A stretch of DNA of 64,000 nt from Eledone cirrhosa (Eukaryota): positions 190,836,001-190,900,000 of the forward strand of contig OZ024741.1 of assembly GCA_964016885.1 (NCBI GenBank). Direction: 5' to 3'. Both the position numbers and the translations under genes were made by a program. Below the pieces are notes generated by a model. The model had not been told where the DNA came from, did not search any database, and saw only the letters and a program-made list of their open reading frames with translations. Numbering within the stretch: the stretch's first letter is position 1; each line of letters begins with the position of its first letter. Shown here in pieces: positions 1-10,200 of this stretch.

Positions 1-661
1 GTAGTTTGTCTGGATGGTAAAGTGTCATATAAGTTACCTGGTGGTTTGTCTGGATGGTAAAGTGTCATATATGTTACCTGGTGGTTTGTCTGGATGGTAA
101 AGTGTCATATATGTTACCTGGTGGTTTGTCTGGATGGTAAAGTGACATATATGTTACCTGGTGATTTGTCTGGATGGTAAAGTGTCATATATTTTACCTG
201 GTAGTTTGTCTGGATGGTTAAGTTACCTGGTGGTTTGTCTGGATGGTAAAGTGTCATATATGTTACCTGGTAGTTTGTCTGGATGGTAGAGTGTTATATA
301 TGTTACCTGGTGGTTTGTCTGGATGGTAAAGTGTCATATATGTTACCTGGTAGTTTGTCTGGATGGTAAAGTGTCATATATGTTACCTGGTAGTTTGTCT
401 GGATGGTAAAGTGTCATATATGTTACCTGGTTGTTTGTCTGGATGGTAAAGTGTCATATATGTTACCTGGTGGTTTGTCTGGATGGTAAAGTGTCATATA
501 TGTTACCTGGTAGTTTGTCTGGATGGTAAAGTGTCATATATTTTACCTGGTGGTTTGTCTGGATGGTAAAGTGTCATATAATTTACCTGGTGGTTTGTCT
601 GGATGGTAAAGTGTTATATATGTTACCTGGTGGTTTGTCTGGATGGTAAAGTGTCATACAT

Positions 662-690
662 GTTACCTGGAGGTTTGTCTGGATGGTAAA
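662..690 (+). repeat. Example of the 29-bp short monomer (type GTTACCTGGTRGTTTGTCTGGATGGTAAA; 11-bp deletion of GTGTCATATAT), recurring throughout the array
   Basis: The junction GGTAAAGTTACC replaces GGTAAAGTGTCATATATGTTACC here and at many other sites (e.g. ~920, 2270, 2498, 2967, 3116, 28375, 28404). Sub-variants GGTTAAGTTACC and GGTAAAGATACC also occur. Confidence 0.97.
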
Positions 691-3600
691 GTTACCTGGT
701 TGTTTGTCTGGATGGTAAAGTGTCCTATATGTTGCCTGGTGGTTTGTCTGGAAGGTAAAGTGTCATATAAGTTACCTGATAGTTTGTCTGGATGCTAAAG
801 TGTCATATATGTTACCTGGTGGTTTGTCTGGATGGTAAAGTGTCATATATGTTACCTGGTGGTTTGTCTGGAAGTTAAAGTGTCATATAAGTTACCTGGT
901 AGTTTGTCTGGATGGTAAAGTTACTTGGTGGTTTGTCTGGAAGGTAAAGTGTCATATATGTTACCTGGTGGTTTGTCTGGATGGTAAAGTGTCATATATG
1001 TTACCTGGTGGTTTGTCTGGATGGTCAAGTGTCATATATGTTACCTGGTGGTTTGTCTGGATGGTAAAGTGTCATACATGTTACCTGGTGGTTTGTCTGT
1101 ATGGTAAAGTGTCATATATGTTACCTGGTGGTTTGTCTGGATGGTAAAGTGTCATATATGTTACCTGGTGGCTTGTCTGGATGGTAAAGTGTCATATATG
1201 TTACCTGGTGCTTTGTCTGGATGGTAAAGTGTCACATATGTTACCTGGTGGTTTGTCTGGATGGCAAAGTGTCATATATGTTACCTGGTGGTTTGTCTGG
1301 ATGGTAAAGTGTTATATATGTTACTTGGTAGATTGTCTGGATGGTAAAGTGTCATATATGTTACCTGGTGGTTTGTCTGGATGGTAAAGTGTTATATATG
1401 TTACCTGGTAGTTTGTTTGGATGGTAAAGTGTCATATAAGTTACTTGGTGGTTTGTCTGGACGGTAAAGTGTCATATATGTTACCTGGTGGTTTGTCTGG
1501 ATGGTAAAGTGTTATATATGTTACCTGGTAGTTTGTCTGGATGGTAAAGTGTTATATATGTTACCTGGTAGTTTGTCTGGATGGTAAAGTGTCATATAAG
1601 TTACTTGGTGGTTTGTCTGGATGGTAAAGTGTCATATATGTTACCTGGTGGTTTGTCTGGATGGTGAAGTGTCATATATGTTACCTGGTAGTTTGTCTGG
1701 ATGGTAGAGTGTTATATATGTTACCTGGTGGTTTGTCTGGATGGTAAAGTGTCATATATGTTACCTGGTAGTTTGTCTGGATGGTAAAGTGTCATATATG
1801 TTACCTGGTAGTTTGTCTGGATGGTAAAGTGTCATATATGTTACCTGGTAGTTTGTCTGGATGGTAAAGTGTCATATATGTTACCTGGTAGTTTGTCTGG
1901 ATGGTAAAGTGTCATATATGTTACCTGGTAGTTTGTCTGGATGGTAAAGTGTCATATATGTTACCTGGTAGTTTGTCTGGATGGTAAAGTGTCATATATG
2001 TTACCTGGTAGTTTGTCTGGATGGTAAAGTGTTACATATGTTACCTGGTGGATTTTCTGGATGGTAAAGTGTCATATATGTTACCTGGTGGTTTGTCTGG
2101 ATGGTAAAGTGTCATATAAGTTACCTGGTGGTTTGTCTGGATGGTAAAGTGTTATATATGTTACCTGGTAATTTGTCTGGATGGTAAAGTGTCATATATG
2201 TTACCTGGTGGTTTGTCTGGATGGTAAAGTGTCATACATGTTACCTGGTGGTTTGTCTGGATGGTAAAGTTACCTGGTGGTTTGTCTGGATTGTAAAGTG
2301 TCATATATGTTACCTGGTGGTTTGTCTGGAAGGTAAAGTGTCATATAAGTTACCTGATAGTTTGTCTGGATGGTAAAGTGTCATATATGTTACCTGGTGG
2401 TTTGTCTGGATAGTAAAGTGTCATATATGTTACCTGGTGGTTTGTCTGGAAGGTAAAGTGTCATATAAGTTACCTGGTAGTTTGTCTGGATGGTAAAGTT
2501 ACCTGGTGGTTTGTCTGGAAGGTAAATTGTCATATATGTTACCTGGTGGTTTGTCTGGATGGTAAAGTGTCATATATGTTACCTGGTGGTTTGTCTGGAT
2601 GGTAAAGTGTCATATAAGTTACCTGGTGGTTTGTCTGGATGGTAAAGTGTCATATATGTTACCTGGTAGTTTGTCTGGATGGTAAAGTGTCATATATGTT
2701 ACCTGGTAGTTTGTCTGGATGGTAAAGTGTCATATATGTTACCTGGCAGTTTGTCTGGATGGTAAAGTGTTATATATGTTACCTGGTGGTTTGTCTGGAT
2801 GGTAAAGTGTCATATAAGTTACCTGCTGGTTTGTCTGGATGGTAAAGTGTTATAAATGTTACCTGGTGTTTTGTCTGGATGGTAAAGTGTTATATATGTT
2901 ACATGGTGGTTTGTCTGGATGGTAAAGTGTCATATATGTTACCTGGTGGTTTGTCTGGATGGTAAAGTTACCTGGTAGTTTGTCTGGATGGTAAAGTGTC
3001 ATATATGTTACCTGGTAGTTTGTCTGGATGGTAAAGTGTTATATATGTTAACTAGTGGTTTGTCTGGATGGAAAAGTGTCATATATGTTACCTGGTGGTT
3101 TGTCTGGATGGTAAAGTTACCTGGTGGTTTGTCTGGATGGTAAAGTGTTATATATGTTACATGGTGGTTTGTCTGGAAGGTAAAGTGTCATATATGTTAC
3201 CTGGTAGTTTGTCTGGATGGTAGAGTGTTATATATGTTACCTGGTTGTTTGTCTGGATGGTAAAGTGTCATATATGTTACCTGGTAGTTTGTCTGGATGG
3301 TAAAGTATCATATATGTTACCTGGTAGTTTGTCTGGATGGTAAAGTGTCATATATGTTACCTGGTAGTTTGCCTGGATGGTAAAGTGTCATATATGTTAC
3401 CTGGTAATTTGTCTGGATGGTAAAGTGTCATATATGTTACCTGGTAGTTTGTCTGGATGGTAAAGTGTCATATATGTTACCTGGTATTTTGTGTGGATGG
3501 TAAAGTGTCATATATGTTACCTGGTAGTTTGTCTGAATGGTAAAGTGTTATATATGTTACCTAGTGGTTTGTCTGGATGGTAAAGTGTCATATATGTTAC

Positions 3601-4149
3601 CTGGTAGTTTGTCTGGATGGTAAAGTGTCATATGTGTTACCTGGTGGTTTGTCTGGATGGTAAAGTGTCATATATGTTACCTAGTAGTTTGTCTGGATGG
3701 TAAAGTGTTACATATGTTACCTCATAGCTTGTCTGGATGGTAAAGTGTCATATATGTTACCTGGTGGTTTGTCTGGATGGTAAAGTTACCTGGTAGTTTG
3801 TCTGGATGGTAAAGTGTCATATATGTTACCTGGTGATTTGGCTGGAAGGTAAAGTGTCATATATGTTACCTGGTGGTTTGTCTGGATGGTAAAGTGTTAC
3901 ATATGTTACCTGGTAGTTTGTCTGTATGGTAAAGTGTCATATATGTTACCTGGTGGTTTGTCTGGATGGTAAAGTGTCATATAAGTTCCCTGGTGGTTTG
4001 TCTGGATGGTAAAGTGTTATATATGTTACCTGGTAGTTTGTCTGGATGGTAAAGTGTCATATATGTTACCTGGTGGTTTGTCTGGATGGTAAAGTGTCAT
4101 ACATGTTACCTGGTGGTTTGTCTGGATGGTAAAGTGTCATATATGTTAT

Positions 4150-7100
4150 CTGGTGGTTTGTCTGGAAGGTAAAGTGTCATATAAGTTACCTGATAGATTG
4201 TCTGGATGGTAAAGTGTCATATATGTTACCTGGTGGTTTGTCTGGATGGTAAAGTGTAATATATGTTACCTGGTGGTTTGTCTGGAAGGTAAAGTGTCAT
4301 ATAAGTTACCTGGTAGTTTGTCTGGATGGTAAAGATACCTGGTGGTTTGTCTGGAAGGTAAAGTGTCATATATATTACCTGGTGGTTTGTCTGGATGGTA
4401 AAGTGTCATATATGTTACCTGGTGGTTTGTCTGGATGGTAAAGTGTCATATATGTTACCTGGTGGTTTGTATGGATGGTAAATTGTCATACATATTACCT
4501 GGTGGTTTGTCTGTATGGTAAAGTGTCATATATGTTACCTGGTGGTTTGTCTGGATGGTAAAGTGTCATATATGTTACCTGGTGGTTTGTCTGGATGGTA
4601 AAGTGTCATATATGTTACCTGGTGGTTTGTCTGGATGGTAAAGTGTCATATATGTTACCTGGTGGTTTGTCTGGATGGTAAAGTGTCATATATGTTACCT
4701 GGTGGTTTGTCTGGATGGTAAAGTGTCATATATGTTACCTGGTAGTTTGTCTGGATGGTAAAGTGTCATATATGTTAGCTGGTGGTTTGTCTGGATGGTA
4801 AAGTGTTATATATGTTACCTGGTAGTTTGTCTGGATGGTAAAGTGTCATATACGTTACGTGGTGGTTTGTCTGGATGGTAAAGTGTTATATATGTTACCT
4901 GGTAGTTTGTCTGGATGGTAAAGTGTCATATAAGTCACCTGGTGGTTTGTCTGGATGGTAAAGTGTCATATATGTTACCTGGTAGTTTGTCTGGATGGTA
5001 AAGTGTTATATATGTTACCTGGTGGTTTGTCTGGAAGGTAAAGTGTCATATAAGTTACCTGATAGATTGTCTGGATGGTAAAGTGTCATATATGTTACCT
5101 GGTGGTTTGTCTGGATGGTAAAGTGTCATATATGTTACCTGGTGGTTTGTCTGGAAGGTAAAGTGTCTTATAAGTTACCTGGTAGTTTGTCTGGATGGTA
5201 AAGATACCTGGTGGTTTGTCTGGAAGGTAAAGTGTCATATATATTACCTGGTGGTTTGTCTGGATGGTAAAGTGTCATATATGTTACCTGGTGGTTTGTC
5301 TGGATGGTGAAGTGTCATATATGTTACCTGGTGGTTTGTATGGATGGTAAAGTGTCATACATATTACCTGGTGGTTTGTCTGTATGGTAAAGTGTCATAT
5401 ATGTTACCTGGTGGTTTGTCTGGATGGTAAAGTGTCATATATGTTACCTGGTGGTTTGTCTGGATGGTAAAGTGTCATATATGTTACCTGGTGGTTTGTC
5501 TGGATGGTAAAGTGTCATATATGTTACCTGGTGGTTTGTCTGGATGGTAAAGTGTCATATATGTTACCTGGTGGTTTGTCTGGATGGTAAAGTGTCATAT
5601 ATGTTACCTGGTAGTTTGTCTGGATGGTAAAGTGTCATATATGTTAGCTGGTGGTTTGTCTGGATGGTAAAGTGTTATATATGTTACCTGGTAGTTTGTC
5701 TGGATGGTAAAGTGTCATATACGTTACGTGGTGGTTTGTCTGGATGGTAAAGTGTTATATATGTTACCTGGTAGTTTGTCTGGATGGTAAAGTGTCATAT
5801 AAGTCACCTGGTGGTTTGTCTGGATGGTAAAGTGTCATATATGTTACGTGGTGGTTTGTCTGGATGGTAAAGTGTCATATATGTTACCTGGTGGTTTGTC
5901 GAGATGGTAAAGTGTCATATATGTTACCTGGTGGTTTGTCTGGATGGTAAAGTGTCATATATGTTACCTGGTAGTTTGTCTGGATGGTAAAGTGTTATAT
6001 ATGTTACCTGGTGGTTTGTCTGGATGGTAAAGTGTCATATATGTTACCTGGTGGTTTGTCTGGATGGTAAAGTTACCTGGTAGTTTGTCTGGATGGTAAA
6101 GTGTTATATATGTTACCTGGTGGTTTGTCTGGATGGTAAAGTGTCATATATGTTACCTGGTAGTTTGTCTGGATGGTAAAGTGTCATATATGTTAGCTGG
6201 TGGTTTGTCTGGATGGTAAAGTGTTATATATGTTACCTGGTAGTTTGTCTGGATGGTAAAGTGTCATATATGTTACCTGGTGGTTTGTCTGGAAGGTAAA
6301 GTGTCATATAAGTTACCTGATAGATTATCTGGATGGTAAAGTGTCATATATGTTACCTGGTGGTTTGTCTGGATGGTAAAGTGTCATATATGTTACCTGG
6401 TGGTTTGTCTGGAAGGTAAAGTGTCATATAAGTTACCTGGTAGTTTGTCTGGATGGTAAAGATACCTGGTGGTTTGTCTGGAAGGTAAAGTGTCATATAT
6501 ATTACCTGGTGGTTTGTCTGGATGGTAAAGTGTCATATATGTTACCTGGTGGTTTGTCTGGATGGTAAAGTGTCATATATGTTACCTGGTGGTTTGTATG
6601 GATGGTAAAGTGTCATACATATTACCTGGTGGTTTGTCTGTATGGTAAAGTGTCATATATGTTACCTGGTGGTTTGTCTGGATGGTAAAGTGTCATATAT
6701 GTTACCTGGTGGTTTGTCTGGATGGTAAAGTGTCATATATGTTACCTGGTGGTTTGTCTGGATGGTAAAGTGTCATATATGTTATCTGGTGGTTTGTCTG
6801 GATGGTAAAGTGTCATATATGTTACCTGGTGGTTTGTCTGGATGGTAAAGTGTCATATATGTTACCTGGTGGTTTGTCTGGATGGTAAAGTGTCATATAT
6901 GTTAGCTGGTGGTTTGTCTGGATGGTAAAGTGTTATATATGTTACCTGGTAGTTTATCTGGATGGTAAAGTGTCATATACGTTACGTGGTGGTTTGTCTG
7001 GATGGTAAAGTGTTATATATGTTACCTGGTAGTTTGTCTGGATGGTAAAGTGTCATATAAGTCACCTGGTGGTTTGTCTGGATGGTAAAGTGTCATATAT

Positions 7101-7290
7101 GTTACGTGGTGGTTTGTCTGGATGGTAAAGTGTCATATATGTTACCTGGTGGTTTGTCGAGATGGTAAAGTGTCATATATGTTACCTGGTGGTTTGTCTG
7201 GATGGTAAAGTGTCATATATGTTACCTGGTAGTTTGTCTGGATGGTAAAGTGTTATGTATGTTACCTGGTGGTTTGTCTGGATGGTAAAG
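4150..7290 (+). repeat. Three related sub-blocks at offsets 869 bp (21x40+29) and 1,258 bp (30x40+2x29); repeated again at +15,849
   Basis: AAAGATACC at 4331, 5200 and 6458. CTGATAGATT, GTATGG, GTTAGCTGG, ACGTTACGT and AAGTCACC each occur three times in the same order. GAGATGG at 5901 and 7159. Confidence 0.88.
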
Positions 7291-10200
7291 TGTCATATAT
7301 GTTACCTGGTAGTTTGTCTGGATGGTAAAGTGTCATATATGTTACCTGGTAGTTTGTCTGGATGGTAAAGTGTCATATATTTTATCTGGCAGTTTGTCTG
7401 GATGGTAAAGTGTCATATATGTTACCTGGTAGTTTGTCTGGATGGTAAAGTGTCATATATGTTACCTGGTAGTTTGTGTGGATGGTAAAGTGTCATATAT
7501 GTTACCTGGTAGAATGTCTGGATGGTAAAGTGTCATATAAGTTACCTGGTAGTTTGTCTGGATTGTAAAGTGTTACATATGTTACCTGGTGGTTTGTCTG
7601 GATGGTAAAGTGTCATATATGTTACCTGGTGCTTTGTCTGGATGGTAAAGTTACCTGGTAGTTTGTCTGGATGGTAAAGTGTTATATATGTTACCTGGTA
7701 GTTTGTCTGGATGGTAAAGTGTCATATATGTTACCTGGTAATTTGTCTGGATGGTAAAGTGTCATATATGTTACCTGGTAGTTTGTCTGGATGGTAAAGT
7801 GTCATATATGTTACCTGGTAGTTTATCTGGATGGTAAAGTGTCATATATGTTACCTAGTGGTTTGTCTGGATGGTAAAGTGTCATAATCATACCTGGTAG
7901 TTTGTCTGGATGGTAAAGTGTCATATATGTTACCTGGTAGTTTGTCTGGATGGTAATGTGTCATATATGTTACCTGGTAGTTTGTCTGGATGGTAAAGTG
8001 TTACATATGTTACCTCGTAGTTTGTCTGGATGGTAAAGTGTCATATATGTTACCTGGTGGTTTGTCTGGATGGTAAAGTTACCTGGTAGTTTGTTTGGAT
8101 GTTAAAGTGTCATATAAGTTACCTCGTAGTTTGTCTGGATGGTAAAGTGTCATATATGTTACCTGGTGGTTTGTCTGGAAGGTAAAGTGTCATATATGTT
8201 ACCTGGTGGTTTGTCTGGATGGTAAAGTGTTATATATGTTACCTCGTAGTTTGTCTCGATGGTAAAGTTTCATATAAGTTCCCTGGTGGTTTGTCTGGAG
8301 GGTAAAGTGTCATATATGTTACGTAGTGGGCTGTCTGGATGGTAAAGTGTCATATATGTTACCTGGTGGTTTGTCTGGATGGTAAAGTGTCATATATGTT
8401 ACCTGGTGGTTTGTCTGGATGGTAAAGTGTCATATATATTACCTGGTGGTTTGTCTGGAGGGTAAAGTGTCATATAAGTTACCTGGTGGTTTGTTTGGAT
8501 GCTAAAGTGTTATATATGTTACCTGGTAGTTTGTCTGGATGGTAAAGTGTCATATATGTTACCTGGTGGTTTGTCTGGATGGTAAAGTGTCATACATGTT
8601 ACCTGGTGGTTTGTCTGGATGGTAAAGTTACCTGGTGGTTTGTCTGGATGGTAAAGTGTCATATATGTTACCTGGTGGTTTGTCTGGATGGTAAAGTGTT
8701 ATATATGTTACCTGGTAGTTTGTCTGGATGGTAAAGTGTCATATATGTTACCTGGTGGGTTGTCTGGATGGTAAAGTGTCATATATGTTACCTGGTAGTT
8801 TGTCTGGATGGTAAAGTGTCATATAAGTCACCTGGTGGTTTGTCTGGATGGTAAAGTATCATATATGTTACCTGGTGGTTTGTCTGGATGGTAAAGTGTC
8901 ATATATGTTACCTGGTGGTTTGTCTGGATGGTAAAGTGTCATATATGTTACCTGGTGGTTTGTCTGGATGGTAAAGTGTCATATATGTTACCTGGTAGTT
9001 TGTCTGGATGGTAAAGTGTCATATATGTTACCTAGTGGTTTGTCTGGATGGTAAAGTGTCATAATCATACCTGGTAGTTTGTCTGGATGGTAAAGTGTCA
9101 TATATGTTACCTGGTAGTTTGTCTGGATGGTAATGTGTCATATATGTTACCTGGTAGCTTGTCTGGATGGTAAAGTGTTACATATGTTACCTCGTAGTTT
9201 GTCTGGATGGTAAAGTGTCATATATGTTACCTGGTGGTTTGTCTGGATGGTAAAGTTACCTGGTAGTTTGTTTGGATGTTAAAGTGTCATATAAGTTACC
9301 TCGTAGTTTGTCTGGATGGTAAAGTTTCATATAAGTTCCCTGGTGGTTTGTCTGGAAGGTAAAGTGTCATATATGTCACCTGGTGGTTTGTCTGGATGGT
9401 AAAGTGTCATATATGTTACCTGGTGGTTTGTCTGGATGGTAAAGTGTCATATATGTTACCTGGTGGTTTGTCTGGATGGTAAAGTGTCATATATGTTACC
9501 TGGTGGTTTGTCTGGATGGTAAAGTGTCATATAAGTTACCTGGTGGTTTGTCTAGAAGGTAAAGTGTCATATATGTTACCTGGTGGGCTGTCAGCATGGT
9601 AATTTGTCATATATGTTACCTGGTGGTTTGTCTGGATGGTAAAGTGTCATATATGTTACCTGGTGGTTTGTCTGGATGGTAAAGTGTCATATATGTTACC
9701 TGGTTGTTTGTCTGGATGGTAAAGTGTCATATATGTTACCTGGTGGTTTGTCTGGATGGTAAAGTGTTATATATGTTAGCTGGTAGTTTGTCTGGATGGT
9801 AAAGTGTCATATATGTTACCTGGTGGTTTGTCTGGATGGTAAAGTGTCATACATGTTACCTGGTGGTTTGTCTGGATGGTAAAGTTACCTGGTGGTTTGT
9901 CTGGATGGTAAAGTGTCATATATGTTACCTGGTGGTTTGTCTGGAAGTTAAAGTGTCATATAAGTTACCTGGTAGTTTGTCTGGATGGTAAAGTTACCTG
10001 GTGGTTTGTCTGGAAGGTAAAGTGTCATATATGTTAACTGGTGGTTTGTCTGCATGGTAAAGTGTCATATATGTTACCTGGTGGTTTGTCTGGATGGTCA
10101 AGTGTCATATATGTTACCTGGTGGTTTGTCTGGATGGTAAAGTGTCATACATGTTACCTGGTGGTTTGTCTGTATGGTAAAGTGTCATATACGTTACCTG

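Larger units (their letters stand above)
1..9516 (+). repeat. Copy A (truncated by the window start) of a duplication with offset 15,849 bp; matches 15850..25365
   Basis: Rare markers co-align at +15,849: GTGACAT (142/15991), identical ORFs (1181/17030), GATACC, GTCGAGATGG (5901/21750) and ATGTCACC (~9375/25224). The first discordance seen is T9517 vs G25366, after which the variant patterns diverge. Confidence 0.93.

Noticed and set aside
70-82. Splice-donor-like CAG/GTAACA on the minus strand and ATG/GTAAAG or AAG/GTAAAG on the plus strand in each monomer
   Set aside because: These are short motifs expected by chance. There are no exons, no transcript evidence and no open frame to support splicing.
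76-82. ACCTGGT (SexAI; CCWGG BstNI/Dcm) and GGATG (FokI) sites, plus TGTCA and GTCT transcription-factor-like cores, in most monomers
   Set aside because: They are useful for producing a 40/29-bp restriction ladder, but such short motifs give no evidence of function.
4778-4785. E. coli Chi octamer GCTGGTGG in GTTAGCTGGTGG variants (consensus CCTGGTGG is one mismatch away)
   Set aside because: It is a single C>G variant spread by duplication. There is no evidence of an enterobacterial host and no visible association with duplication junctions.
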